Shown here: in pieces, positions 34,214 through 43,873 of the stretch
Position numbering within the stretch: the stretch's first letter is position 1
Layout of the letters: every line of letters begins with the position of its first letter
Virus record (IMG/VR): IMGVR_UViG_3300021404_000018
Span: 1-50,211 of that record
DNA from: a virus
Lineage: Duplodnaviria; Caudoviricetes
Reading direction: 5' to 3' (one strand)
Length of the DNA: 50,211 bases
Notes under the pieces: model-generated
Told to the model about the DNA's origin: nothing
Seen by the model: only the letters and a program-made list of their open reading frames with translations
The model's database searches: none
Position numbers and translations under genes: made by a program

Positions 34214-36046
34214 CTAGTGGCACTCGGCCCAGTTGTCACCTTCGGCGTAGTTGCCCGTGAGCGGGACCTTGAAGCCGAGAGCAAGACCGGCATCGGTGAT
34301 TGCTTGAACACATACCTTGCCCACTTCGTCTGCGTCACGGGGATCACAGTCAAGTTGTCCTTCATCATGGATATTACCGACGAAGAACCCATCCAGTCCA
34401 CGCCGCTGAATTTCATTTCGTGCAATGATAGCAGCCTTCTTCATGACGATTGCTCCAGCGCTTTGGAGCTTATAGTTAAGTGCAGCGCTCTTGGAGTGGC
34501 AACGAACGAAGCCTCCATCAATAGTGCGGAGCAGTCCGCCAGTTCCTCGAAACTCATCTTGGATAGCTCCGACCAGTTTGGCCAGTCCGGGTGTGCCTTT
34601 TTCAAGGACTCCGCGAGCTTCTGCGCCGTACTCTTTAGCGGCAGGTCCTCGAAGCTCAGGTTTAAGCGTGACTCCGAGCTTTCCATCGCCACCTCCATAG
34701 AGATAGCAGTAAAATCCGTTTTTGACAGTGAGGTCACGCATTTCATCCGGGAGGCCGAGGTTTCGAGTATTAAGGAGATGGGGGTCCCCTGTAATGAAGA
34801 GAAGGGTGGCCTCGTCATTATTGAGATATTCAGCAAACATACGCATTTCAAGGCCACTGGCATCATATCCAACTTCTCGTCGGTTGGGTCGGGCCCGCCA
34901 AAGTCGCCTGCACTCAATTCCATACTTTACCTTCTTCTTAGCCTTGGGGATGTTTGCTGTGTTGGGCTGACTGTGGATCATCCGCCGAGTGGTGGCGGCA
35001 CAAGTCAAGACACGCCCATGCATACAGTGATCGTCATAGTCAACGTTATTCAACCACGTCTCAATCATAGACGACCGACCCTGGAGGACCAACCATTCTG
35101 CAATGGCAGTTGCTTCAGGTCGCCCCGACGTCTCAGCGAACGCTAGAAGGCTCTCTTCATCAACCTTGGGGAAACCCTTGGGTGTGAAGTTCTCTGGCTC
35201 CCAGCCAAGCTCTAGAAGTCTTTCCACTCTCTGCTTGGGGGACCCGATGTTGAACTCGATCCAGTCGAGCGTATCGTAGGTGCTTCCGTCTGGACTGAAC
35301 CGGAGTTCGGGATACTGTTCATTATGCCGTAGAAAACTGGCAAATTCTCCGCCATCTTTTCGCACTCTTCGTTGATACGTTCCAACAGTTGCCAGTCTTC
35401 GGGGGAAAAGCTCTCTGATTGGAGTCTCAAGTTCAGACTGCTCAGCGCGGAGTTGGCTGACCAAAGACTGTGCACCAGGAATATCAAAATACCAGCCGTT
35501 GCGTTGTTGTTCATCCAAGACCTCTCTGATCTCGTGCTCGATATTACATGACGTTTCGCTGAAGCCCATTCGCTTCATACGCTGCCATAGAGCACGAGCA
35601 ACCTTCTTACCTAGTCGTACGTCTTGTTGGCAGTAAAGGTCCATTTCTGGGCTGTAACCAGACCAGTCGTCGAACTTACCCTTAGGGTCTTTAAGACGCT
35701 CGCCCCAAGCTTCCAGGCTATGACCACCAGCCAGAGCGGGATCATAAAGATAAGACAGGACAAGAGTGTCAACAGTATTAGCAGTTGTAGCGAAACCCCC
35801 CGCAAGTCTCTGTGTATGGGGTCCATCATAACTGATCGAATTATGACCGACGAAATATACTTCTGTTCCCTTGATCTCATCGAAAAACCTTCTGATTTGA
35901 TCGTGACCGATAAAGGAAAGAACCTCGTCTCGATCCATTCGACTGGCACACATCATCCAGAGCTTGGACGGGTACAGGCTGTCAGCCTCTACGTCGATGT
36001 ACCAATACTTGTGATAGTCCTCCGGACCGGGTAGGTACACTACCAT
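34214..36046 (-). CDS. DNA polymerase, family A (T7 gp5-like) with 3'-5' exonuclease
   Basis: DVEAD, GHN..SYD, YCQQD; motif A DASGLEMR, motif B KNGFYCYLYG, motif C IHDE. Confidence 0.96.
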   Translation of the reverse strand: MVVYLPGPEDYHKYWYIDVEADSLYPSKLWMMCASRMDRDEVLSFIGHDQIRRFFDEIKGTEVYFVGHNSISYDGPHTQRLAGGFATTANTVDTLVLSYLYDPALAGGHSLEAWGERLKDPKGKFDDWSGYSPEMDLYCQQDVRLGKKVARALWQRMKRMGFSETSCNIEHEIREVLDEQQRNGWYFDIPGAQSLVSQLRAEQSELETPIRELFPRRLATVGTYQRRVRKDGGEFASFLRHNEQYPELRFSPDGSTYDTLDWIEFNIGSPKQRVERLLELGWEPENFTPKGFPKVDEESLLAFAETSGRPEATAIAEWLVLQGRSSMIETWLNNVDYDDHCMHGRVLTCAATTRRMIHSQPNTANIPKAKKKVKYGIECRRLWRARPNRREVGYDASGLEMRMFAEYLNNDEATLLFITGDPHLLNTRNLGLPDEMRDLTVKNGFYCYLYGGGDGKLGVTLKPELRGPAAKEYGAEARGVLEKGTPGLAKLVGAIQDEFRGTGGLLRTIDGGFVRCHSKSAALNYKLQSAGAIVMKKAAIIARNEIQRRGLDGFFVGNIHDEGQLDCDPRDADEVGKVCVQAITDAGLALGFKVPLTGNYAEGDNWAECH

Positions 36047-37650
36047 TGGTGATCCGGTGCAGAGCCTCCAGAGTTGTACTGATTGATCTGCTCGTCTGTA
36101 AGTTCGGTGAGTCGCCCTGTGTCCGGATTGTACGACAAATACGCACCTGGGCCAGTGCGGCCACAGAACCGGTTCTTCTCAACAATGAGTTTGACTACAT
36201 TCCGCCGCCAAGGGTCTTCTGACAGCTTCTCTCTATGGAGTTTGATCACAATATTCGCAAGCTGTTCAACACCAGCAGTGCCCCTAATTTGACCCTGCCT
36301 GTTCGTATGGATCACCGCGATCACCGCGATGTTGAGTTCCATACAAAGTGTCTTGAGCTTAGTAGCGATCTCATCAAGCTGCTTTCGCTCGTCGCCTGAC
36401 TGATCACTGACCACAATAGAAAGGTGGTCCAGAACAATGTACTTACAACCAAGGTTATGCATATGTCGGACTTTGTTGAGGATTTCCTGAATTGAATTAG
36501 AACCAAAGTGATCATAAACAATAAGCTTGTCAGTATTGATGACATGATCAAAGTAAGTTCTCAGGTCGTCCTTGTTGACCATCTCCCGGATGTCAGGAAG
36601 ATGCAACGGTAGACTTGCCTCGATTGACATGAGGCCCAGTGCCGTGTCCGCATTAGTTTCCTCCAGGTGCAGGAGTCCGATACCCGCATCTGGGTTCTGC
36701 TTACGGATGTTGTATTCGATCTCTTTCAGAACACTGGTCTTACCTACACCAGTCTCGGCGGTGAAGACCACAAACTCTGAAAGTCTGATCCCATACGTCT
36801 GGTAGTTCAGTTGCTCCCAGGGATACGGGACCGTCTCGTAGTTTTTGGGGACGCTGATTTCATCCCACATTTCCCGTCCGAGCTTAAGACCACTGGGGGT
36901 GAACCCAGGGGCGGCCCACCATTCACGGTTGAACTGTTCTCGCTTACCGGCCTTAAGATACTCATTCGGGTCCTTGTGGTCGGCAAGGGTGAGGATTTTG
37001 ACCTTACCAATAGGGAACATGCCAGCGACAGTAAGGGCCGCTTCTTGACCAGGGTAACGGATTTCACCAGTCTTTGGATTGACCTTCGCCTCGTCCTTGT
37101 CAAAGCAGATAACAATCGACCCGAAGGAGTTGAGGTATTCAAAGTTGTCGGCCACATCGCGTGCAGCACCATCAGCTCCGTTCCGGACAGAGACGACGGG
37201 CCATCTCGATCCCATAAGCTCAAAAGCAGCAGGTGCATCGTACTCGCCTTCGACGAGTGTAACAAACTTTGCACTTGCTGGAGGGAACAGATTGCTTCCG
37301 AAGAGTCCGGAATGTTTAAGATCGCCTTCCACAAAGAATTCTTTGTCCGGCAACCGAACTTTGTTCGCAAGGTGTTTTCCATCATTGAAGTAGGGGAAGT
37401 ACGTTGTGTCACCATCACGCCAGATACCGTACTTCTCAGCACTGGCCCTAGAGATTTTGCGATCTGTAAGCTCTACGAATTTAGTGGAGAGTTCTTTCAA
37501 GTCGTGTTCATTGTCTTGATCCTTCGGGTGAGTTGTTGCGCCACATGAAAAACAATGTGTGTGGCCATCGGTATAAAGGCTGTTCGCGTCTTTACTTCCG
37601 CAGTCCTCGCAGGATAGATGTTTAACGAACTTGCTTTTGGAACCATTCAT
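36040..37650 (-). CDS. DNA primase-helicase (T7 gp4-like)
   Basis: Zn finger C..CGS.DA...HCFSC, TOPRIM EGEYD and FDKD, Walker A TGVGKT, LDHLS, KNRFCG.TG. Confidence 0.95.
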   Translation of the reverse strand: MNGSKSKFVKHLSCEDCGSKDANSLYTDGHTHCFSCGATTHPKDQDNEHDLKELSTKFVELTDRKISRASAEKYGIWRDGDTTYFPYFNDGKHLANKVRLPDKEFFVEGDLKHSGLFGSNLFPPASAKFVTLVEGEYDAPAAFELMGSRWPVVSVRNGADGAARDVADNFEYLNSFGSIVICFDKDEAKVNPKTGEIRYPGQEAALTVAGMFPIGKVKILTLADHKDPNEYLKAGKREQFNREWWAAPGFTPSGLKLGREMWDEISVPKNYETVPYPWEQLNYQTYGIRLSEFVVFTAETGVGKTSVLKEIEYNIRKQNPDAGIGLLHLEETNADTALGLMSIEASLPLHLPDIREMVNKDDLRTYFDHVINTDKLIVYDHFGSNSIQEILNKVRHMHNLGCKYIVLDHLSIVVSDQSGDERKQLDEIATKLKTLCMELNIAVIAVIHTNRQGQIRGTAGVEQLANIVIKLHREKLSEDPWRRNVVKLIVEKNRFCGRTGPGAYLSYNPDTGRLTELTDEQINQYNSGGSAPDHQW

Positions 37651-38011
37651 GAAGTTTCTGAGTCTCCTCCTTAGAAGCATCACGTTTCAGGAGGTTTGCT
37701 CTCAGTGACATCCAGACAACATTGCCCGGCACGTATCCTTTGTCACCGATTACTCGGTCAAGCGATCCCGTGGTTGGATTGAATGCACCACCAGACCACA
37801 CCAGAGGTGTACCAAGGATTGGGCACACATCATGGGGTAGTGAGAGAATATAATCTAGAGTGATCTCAAAGGGAAGTCCACGCTTCCCAGATTGCCGTCG
37901 GCGTTCACGGAAGATTTGCTTAGCGGCCCAAACGAATGGGTCTTTAAGTTTTTGTCTTTTCGTGTACTCCGTGACGGATTTTGAGTGCTTGATGAATTTC
38001 GATAGGGCTAT
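37622..38011 (-). CDS. HNH-type (homing) endonuclease; start uncertain (ATA 38011 or GTG 37828)
   Basis: KRGLPFEITLD, CPILG, SLDRV...KGYVPGNV.W.S.RAN..K. The frame is open well upstream of the first canonical start. Confidence 0.75.
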   Translation of the reverse strand: MALSKFIKHSKSVTEYTKRQKLKDPFVWAAKQIFRERRRQSGKRGLPFEITLDYILSLPHDVCPILGTPLVWSGGAFNPTTGSLDRVIGDKGYVPGNVVWMSLRANLLKRDASKEETQKLHEWFQKQVR

Positions 38012-38489
38012 AGTCGGTGTGCTCCAAACTCACGCAAACGTAGCGCGGATCGTCGATCTTCTGGTAATGCAGGTGGCCGTGGATGTTGGTGCCATACCTA
38101 CCGATGGAGTCCGGATGGATCGGGATGTGACTCAGGATGACCTTGTTGCCGTCTTGATCCTTCTGAACTACGTACGCCCTGATGTCATCGAAAAAGGGAA
38201 GGTACTCATTCAACTTGAAGATGTCATGGTTGCCCTTGACTAGGACGAGCCGCCCGTGAAGGCGAGACAGAATGAACCGATTACGACGGTTGATACAAAC
38301 GTCACCAAGAAGGTAGACTCGATCCGCCGGATCAACGACGGCATTGTGCTTTGCGATGATTGTTTCGTCATGTTCCTCAATGGTCTTGAAGTCACGGAGT
38401 GGGGTTCCATCGTCTCGTTTGAACGTGAGAATATTGGAATGGCCAAAGTGATGATCAGCAGAGACCCAAGTCTTAGAAGACTTTGCCAA
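37944..38489 (-). CDS. Calcineurin-like metallophosphoesterase (start uncertain)
   Basis: DHHFGH, LGD, GNHD, SHIP, HGHLH. Confidence 0.92.
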   Translation of the reverse strand: MAKSSKTWVSADHHFGHSNILTFKRDDGTPLRDFKTIEEHDETIIAKHNAVVDPADRVYLLGDVCINRRNRFILSRLHGRLVLVKGNHDIFKLNEYLPFFDDIRAYVVQKDQDGNKVILSHIPIHPDSIGRYGTNIHGHLHYQKIDDPRYVCVSLEHTDYSPIEIHQALKIRHGVHEKTKT

Positions 38490-38697
38490 GCTTGCCGTCA
38501 CGTTCCATAGCATTGATTTGCTGCTTCGTAAAACCAAGCCCGATCAGGGCCATGTGAAGGTTCATCAGTTCGTTCCAGGTCTTCTGGAGATGCACGATAG
38601 CATCTTCCTTAGTACCTTCTTCGGCGATGACGTTGATGAACGCTGCCGGGTGTTGCTTCTTATTTGCCACGACTTCCGCGACCTCCGATTTGATCAA
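38473..38697 (-). CDS. Hypothetical protein (74 aa)
   Basis: ORF filling the operon gap; TTG start. Confidence 0.6.
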   Translation of the reverse strand: MIKSEVAEVVANKKQHPAAFINVIAEEGTKEDAIVHLQKTWNELMNLHMALIGLGFTKQQINAMERDGKLGKVF

Positions 38698-39163
38698 TGA
38701 CGCTACCTACGATACCATCAAAGAAGTCAACAAGAATGAGATGCTTTTCCATGTCCTCAGGGTGAGGATAGTCTTGAACGGCCTTGTACAGGTCAATATC
38801 AACGCTATAGGGCTCGTCGTCCAGCATGTGGTAACGAGTCACTTCGGGGTGCTGGGCCAGCCACTTAGCGACACGAGTGTACCGCCAATGGATTTCTCCA
38901 TCGCACCATGCGTCCTTGTGGAAATACTGAGGCTTCAGACCCTGCTCGATGCAATGGTCGTAAGTCTCCTGTTCGCCAAACACGCGAAGCCAGCTTGAAT
39001 GGATGACCATCCGCCAGCCCTTCTCTTGACACCATCGGTTCAGCAACCCGACAGCGCAAGGGTCAAAGGTCTTCACGAGGGGTCGGGTCTGATTGGCCAT
39101 GTTGTACGCACGGCCAGGGATCAGAGGCCCATCGATGTCGATGAAGAGTATCTTAGCTACCAT
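38660..39163 (-). CDS. HAD-superfamily protein (Swiss-Army-Knife RNA-repair-like HAD)
   Basis: FIDIDGPL, IHSSW, LDDE. Confidence 0.82.
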   Translation of the reverse strand: MVAKILFIDIDGPLIPGRAYNMANQTRPLVKTFDPCAVGLLNRWCQEKGWRMVIHSSWLRVFGEQETYDHCIEQGLKPQYFHKDAWCDGEIHWRYTRVAKWLAQHPEVTRYHMLDDEPYSVDIDLYKAVQDYPHPEDMEKHLILVDFFDGIVGSVIDQIGGRGSRGK

Positions 39164-39317
39164 TCAGCTTCCTTACCATGACTGCTAGATCACGAACCTG
39201 CCTTTGCAAGCGGATCATACAGTCGATCCTGGGGATCATTTTACCGCATTCGATAGCGGTCTTGTTACGGACCATATCATCTTCAAGTTCACGGATTAAA
39301 CGTTCAAGAGGAGCCAC
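39153..39317 (-). CDS. Small hypothetical protein (54 aa)
   Basis: Hand translation MAPLERLIRELEDD...; overlaps both neighbours. Confidence 0.5.
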   Translation of the reverse strand: MAPLERLIRELEDDMVRNKTAIECGKMIPRIDCMIRLQRQVRDLAVMVRKLNGS

Positions 39318-39472
39318 TAATCACCAACATCATCTAAAAGCAAAATGATTTCGATGATAGCTTTCCGCACATGAAGACCGACACTACCTGATGAAGGCTT
39401 CTTTGCCAATTCTTCATCAAGGATTTTGTCCCATCTCGTCAAAGCGTTACGCTGCTTTATTGTGAGCTTCAT
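39317..39472 (-). CDS. Small hypothetical protein (51 aa)
   Basis: MKLTIKQRNAL...; fills the gap after thyX. Confidence 0.5.
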   Translation of the reverse strand: MKLTIKQRNALTRWDKILDEELAKKPSSGSVGLHVRKAIIEIILLLDDVGD

Positions 39473-40091
39473 AACCGATTGCCTTCGCGATCTCGGGGAA
39501 CTCACGCAGGATGATCTCACGAGTTTGCTCAGCGATCAGCCTGTGTTCCTTCTGTGTTTCCGGGGCACAACGAGCGTCCCAATAGTGTATCCAGTTGCGG
39601 AGGTAACCGTTAACATAAATCTTGGTGGGAACGATGCCCTCAGGAAGTATCTTGCGGGCCAGTTCCTTTGCGATACCGCGCTTAAGTGCAGCTTGGTACC
39701 AAAAGTAGCAGAAGTCCCAGACCATCAACTGAACAGCGAACCACCAGGAGTGCAGGTCTCGGTCTTCGATTTCAATAGAGTTCTGTCGGTTCTTGTCGTC
39801 TTGGAGACGAGCTTCGCTGAACACGGGATTGTTTTCGTACTCAGCGTAGCGACCCGAGAACTCTTGGAACTTGAACGAATGTCGGAGGAGTTGCCTAATG
39901 ATGTCACGGGTGGAGTTAATTTCCACACAGGCGTTGACCATCTCGAAGGGCGACCAATGTTTCTTCCGCAATAGGAAATTGATCAGCCGAGATGTGGGGT
40001 CCTCAGGCTTTGCTTCAGGGTTCGAGACCCGAGCGAGGAACCCAACCAACTTGTCGCCTTCTGGCGTAGCCCAAATCAGTTTAGTCGTCAT
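39447..40091 (-). CDS. thyX: Flavin-dependent thymidylate synthase
   Basis: ARVSNP, HWSPFEM, RH-SFKFQEFSGRY, ELARKILP, TQKEHR. Confidence 0.93.
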   Translation of the reverse strand: MTTKLIWATPEGDKLVGFLARVSNPEAKPEDPTSRLINFLLRKKHWSPFEMVNACVEINSTRDIIRQLLRHSFKFQEFSGRYAEYENNPVFSEARLQDDKNRQNSIEIEDRDLHSWWFAVQLMVWDFCYFWYQAALKRGIAKELARKILPEGIVPTKIYVNGYLRNWIHYWDARCAPETQKEHRLIAEQTREIILREFPEIAKAIGYEAHNKAA

Positions 40092-40233
40092 CAAATTCCT
40101 TGTCTTCCGGTTCTTCGAAATCGGCCACGCACTCGGCGATGATCGCCAAGCAGACGGGGCATGGCCCAAAAGATTGTGTTGCCCTGTCGAATTGAATTTG
40201 ATCGTCCTGCTTGTCGCAGATGTAACAGTGCAT
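40081..40233 (-). CDS. Small Zn-finger protein (50 aa)
   Basis: CYIC...CPVC with an acidic tail. Confidence 0.65.
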   Translation of the reverse strand: MHCYICDKQDDQIQFDRATQSFGPCPVCLAIIAECVADFEEPEDKEFDDD

Positions 40234-40234
40234 C

Positions 40235-40411
40235 CTAATGCTTTCCCTTGTACAGGCAGACCGTGTAATGCTTAACCGGGAGTGGGGCCGCAGCGATGGC
40301 CTCTTCCGGACTGTCGAACTTGTCCGCCTCCATGGGATCAACACAGCTTCCGAACATCGCGGAAGACTTAACGAGAAGACCAGAGTTGTTGTGGCGTAGG
40401 TAGTATTTCAT
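40235..40411 (-). CDS. Small hypothetical protein (58 aa)
   Basis: Hand translation MKYYLRHNNSGLLVK...; TAATG overlap. Confidence 0.6.
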   Translation of the reverse strand: MKYYLRHNNSGLLVKSSAMFGSCVDPMEADKFDSPEEAIAAAPLPVKHYTVCLYKGKH

Positions 40412-40821
40412 TACAGCTTCCTGTCATGCGCGGGGAAGTTGTCGTCCATGAAGTCCTGAACGAACTGACGTTCCGCTGCGGGAAGGGTTTGGCTCATGTT
40501 GTGGAGACGGGTGCGAATGGCCTTCTCCTGGTTGTACGGATCAGGAAAGAAGTCAACGATGTTGTCACAGCGCTTCATCAGCTCGCTCTGACGAGTGGCC
40601 GAAATGCCCCCAGGGACGGGGAACAGAGGAACAACAGTGCCCTCAGTGGGCTTCGCGGGCAGCACCGGGCCGATGGGCTTCGGGCTGTACCGGAACGACA
40701 CGAACTGACCGTAGATGCGTTGCTCCACAGCGTAACCGTACTTGTTGCAAAGCTTGGACTCAAGATTGAAGGGCAACCCCGGCTTGAACTTGAGCACCCT
40801 GAGGCTGGGCTTACTGGGCAT
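40411..40821 (-). CDS. Hypothetical protein (136 aa)
   Basis: ATG at 40821 with a GGAG RBS, overlapping the ATP-grasp stop. Confidence 0.7.
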   Translation of the reverse strand: MPSKPSLRVLKFKPGLPFNLESKLCNKYGYAVEQRIYGQFVSFRYSPKPIGPVLPAKPTEGTVVPLFPVPGGISATRQSELMKRCDNIVDFFPDPYNQEKAIRTRLHNMSQTLPAAERQFVQDFMDDNFPAHDRKL

Positions 40822-41563
40822 TGGCGAGTTTCTCCAAGGCGTTTGCGTACGCTTCGACTGTTTGTCCTTCAAGCCCGGGCGCAGTATTGACTTCCAGGAC
40901 ATACAGATTTCCCTTCTTGTCTTCAACGATGTCAACAGCGCCGAAGTCCAGCCCGAGGGCCGCGACTGCGCTGATGGCGAGCTTGTCCCGAGCTTCGCTG
41001 GGTTGAATGTTGTTACGCTGAAAGATGAAACCGTTCGCATGGGAGCGAACCTTCCAAGACAAAGGCTCTTGGTCGGGGTCGCGAACCTTCCGCTGAGTGT
41101 CAATGACCTCAGTCTGAGTTGCGTGAACCCGGAACTCTTTGGTCTTGAAGATGTACTTGGTATAAAGAGGAGCCGTGGGTAGCTCGTCATTCTCTTCAAC
41201 TATAACGATACCATCACCGGAGTGTCCTGTCAAGACATTCCGGACAACAATCGTGTTGCCCTTAGCTTGCCATTCCAGAGCAACCGCCTTGTTCTGGGTC
41301 CACGGAACGGTGTCGATGTCCTCACCAGCGAGAGCTGTGAAAGTGTAAATCTTGTTAGAGGCGATGCCAACGGCGGCACAGTTGTTCAGGACCTTCTTGA
41401 AGGCCATAGTGTTGTTGTCTTTGCCTTTGGTCGTGCCCCAGTTCACCAGAACATCGTCCGGCTTGAAGCTCTTGCCCGTCACAAAACGTCTGAACCCCTC
41501 TCCTTGAGAGAGTTCCTTCGCGCTGTTGGACGGGCGTCCTCCGGTGTAAATCCAAATCTTCAA
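40811..41563 (-). CDS. ATP-grasp peptide ligase (RimK/YheCD-like)
   Basis: NWG, GHSGDGI, EFRVH, LDFGAVDI, YVLEVNTAPGL; TTG start overlaps the upstream TGA. Confidence 0.9.
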   Translation of the reverse strand: MKIWIYTGGRPSNSAKELSQGEGFRRFVTGKSFKPDDVLVNWGTTKGKDNNTMAFKKVLNNCAAVGIASNKIYTFTALAGEDIDTVPWTQNKAVALEWQAKGNTIVVRNVLTGHSGDGIVIVEENDELPTAPLYTKYIFKTKEFRVHATQTEVIDTQRKVRDPDQEPLSWKVRSHANGFIFQRNNIQPSEARDKLAISAVAALGLDFGAVDIVEDKKGNLYVLEVNTAPGLEGQTVEAYANALEKLANAQ

Positions 41564-42438
41564 CGGCGAGACCTTTCCGTCCAGGTGGAGCAGTAAGCGA
41601 GGTCTTGGGCGACCCGCATACCGTCCATCAGCATGTTCTCCATGCCAGGGATCGAGAGATATTTGTGGGAGAACGGGCCAAGGGCCAACTTGAGGAATTC
41701 CCGGGGACCACGCGAGCTGAACTGCCGGATGATCTCGGTGGGGTTGGTGTACGTCTTGGCGTGCTGCTTGAGATAGTCCAGCGTGCCAATCCAGTGCATC
41801 AGACGGCCCTCGTGCGTGGTGCACTCAAGCGACCTGAACTCGATGGACCCGAACTTGGTTAGGGAAGTGAAGTTGATCGAGCTGTAACGTTCGGCATTGC
41901 CGCCGAGTTGGAAGAATTGGTGACCACCCTTGATCGAGTTGGTCAGCATCAAGACCTGACCTAGAGCGTCCTTAGCCCGGAGACAGAAGTTGTTGCCAAC
42001 CCGGTGCTCACCGTTCTGGCTCACGAACAGCTCGTCAAGGATCAGAGCCAGTGTGATGAAGTTGTAGATGGTGCGGAGCTTCTCCGTCCCAAAGTTAACG
42101 TGGACGTGAACGGACGTCCGGTACGAGTTGTACACCTTCACCGTGGGTTGGTTCAGGTAGTCGAACAGCGTGGTGACCGCTTCTCTGACCTTTTCCAACG
42201 GCATCGGAGAACGGCACACGAACTCGTACGCATCGTCGCCGGGCTTCAGTTTGCGCAGCGAGTGGTCGTCGATGATGTTCCAGAAAGCGTCCACGGCGTG
42301 AGTGATGTTGCCGAGGTTCTTGCCCTCCACCTCAACCTCGACGCCGAAGCTGTCAGGGTTGTTGAGAGCTTCCCGCTGGATCGGGATGTGATCGGAAAGT
42401 CGCTGGTTCAAATCCATCAGAGCAGTGTATTGGTGCAT
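41560..42438 (-). CDS. Putative amidoligase (Amidoligase_2, glutamine synthetase-like fold)
   Basis: FGVEVEVEG, DHSLR, YEFV, RTSVHVHVN, RYSSIN, GSIEFR. Confidence 0.88.
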   Translation of the reverse strand: MHQYTALMDLNQRLSDHIPIQREALNNPDSFGVEVEVEGKNLGNITHAVDAFWNIIDDHSLRKLKPGDDAYEFVCRSPMPLEKVREAVTTLFDYLNQPTVKVYNSYRTSVHVHVNFGTEKLRTIYNFITLALILDELFVSQNGEHRVGNNFCLRAKDALGQVLMLTNSIKGGHQFFQLGGNAERYSSINFTSLTKFGSIEFRSLECTTHEGRLMHWIGTLDYLKQHAKTYTNPTEIIRQFSSRGPREFLKLALGPFSHKYLSIPGMENMLMDGMRVAQDLAYCSTWTERSRR

Positions 42439-43041
42439 CTAACCCAATGCCTCGTAGAGGGTTTCCTTGAGATATTCGGCTTGTGGGACCAGAACGACAG
42501 GCGTCTTACCACCCACAATACCGATCCCGTTTGCACGATAATAGAGAGGATACGTCTTGTCCTCAGCCTGATAGCCAAGGGCAAAGTCGCGATGCCAAGC
42601 CGCCGTGTGCGCTTTGCCGTCACGCACTTGCTTCTTAGCTTCCTCGAAAGAGGTGTAGTCGTTACGCAACATACTAACATAGCTCTTGTTAAATTGAAAG
42701 CCCGCCTTCGGGTTCACTCCCCAATCTCCGTTAAAGAACCGGAGTTGCTCGGCCTTAAGACCTTGCTGGTACTGCTTGGCGGGACGTCGGTACCACCACG
42801 TAGCAATTCCGGCATGATTGGCATAGCCGATGTTGTAATCCCGATAGCGGAACTGAGGATCGTGAAGATCAACGATCTCAGATGGCTGGTTCAGAGCCGC
42901 GACGGACAGACGAAACGCCTTAGCATCGTCGTCGTCGTGGAAGGCCGTCTTGACGTAGACTGGTTCGTCCTTGTAGTAGCAGATCGTGCCGACGAACTTG
43001 GCTGTGACGTCGTTCAGATTGTCGAACTTAGGCAGCGGCAT
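42439..43041 (-). CDS. Hypothetical protein within the ligase cluster (200 aa)
   Basis: ORF tightly packed between the two ligase genes. Confidence 0.8.
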   Translation of the reverse strand: MPLPKFDNLNDVTAKFVGTICYYKDEPVYVKTAFHDDDDAKAFRLSVAALNQPSEIVDLHDPQFRYRDYNIGYANHAGIATWWYRRPAKQYQQGLKAEQLRFFNGDWGVNPKAGFQFNKSYVSMLRNDYTSFEEAKKQVRDGKAHTAAWHRDFALGYQAEDKTYPLYYRANGIGIVGGKTPVVLVPQAEYLKETLYEALG

Positions 43042-43864
43042 GGAAAGGCAGCGGCTCCAGGTTCAGATCGCACCAGCCGAATTCTTCCGGCCAGTCCGTC
43101 TTGTTGTTGTCGATGACGTCCCTGGCGATGTCGCCATAGGTGTCCTCGGCCCACAGACCGGCGAAACCATCGGCGATGGCCGTTTGGAGGGTGTTATAGA
43201 CCCAACGCATCAGAGGTTCGCTGTCAAGCCAGCGGTTGGAAAGAACGCGGTACTCCAGGCCGTACGACTTGGGACGGAACGCCCCGGCCTTGCCGTACAG
43301 GGACCGGCGAGTGCCGTCCTTGTCCCAGAACAGGGAGTACATCCCGAGGTAGTAATCGAGCTGCCGAGCGACCTTGCAGCACAGCTTGAAGTGCTCGTGG
43401 TCTTCCGGGTCGAAGCCCTCACCCCAGCCGATGTGAAGATGGCCGCTGGCGGTCCGCATCGGTTCCCCTTGTGGGTCCGGGCGGGGGTTCACGTCCTCGG
43501 TCCAGCCGTTGAAGTCGGGCATACAGCCCAGCTCTTGCGCCGAAGACGGGACCTCGAACTTGAAGTAGTCCGCGTTGAAGCGGGCCACGGGCTCGGCGAC
43601 CACGTTGTAGCCGGGAACCATGTCCACCAGCGATTGGCGAACGGCGTGAATGTGATGAACGAACTCGTCAACGGACGTGGCGGGGTCGATGTTGAACTCC
43701 AGCGCCGTGCCATCGACTTGCACAGCGCCGTAGGGCACCTTGAACGGCTCCCACTTGGTTCCGGGGATGCGATCATGGGCGGAAACGAAGTCACCGTTAT
43801 CCGGGTGACGCATGAAGAGTTCGGGATCAGCGCCCACGAGGACGCGATTGGCAGTCACTTGCAT
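43028..43864 (-). CDS. phiEco32-like COOH-NH2 ligase type 2
   Basis: GADPELF, QVDGTALEFN, GCMPDFN, RTASGHLHIG, RRSLYGKAGAFRPKSYGLEYRVLSN. Confidence 0.92.
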   Translation of the reverse strand: MQVTANRVLVGADPELFMRHPDNGDFVSAHDRIPGTKWEPFKVPYGAVQVDGTALEFNIDPATSVDEFVHHIHAVRQSLVDMVPGYNVVAEPVARFNADYFKFEVPSSAQELGCMPDFNGWTEDVNPRPDPQGEPMRTASGHLHIGWGEGFDPEDHEHFKLCCKVARQLDYYLGMYSLFWDKDGTRRSLYGKAGAFRPKSYGLEYRVLSNRWLDSEPLMRWVYNTLQTAIADGFAGLWAEDTYGDIARDVIDNNKTDWPEEFGWCDLNLEPLPFHAAA

Positions 43865-43873
43865 CGGAGTTCC

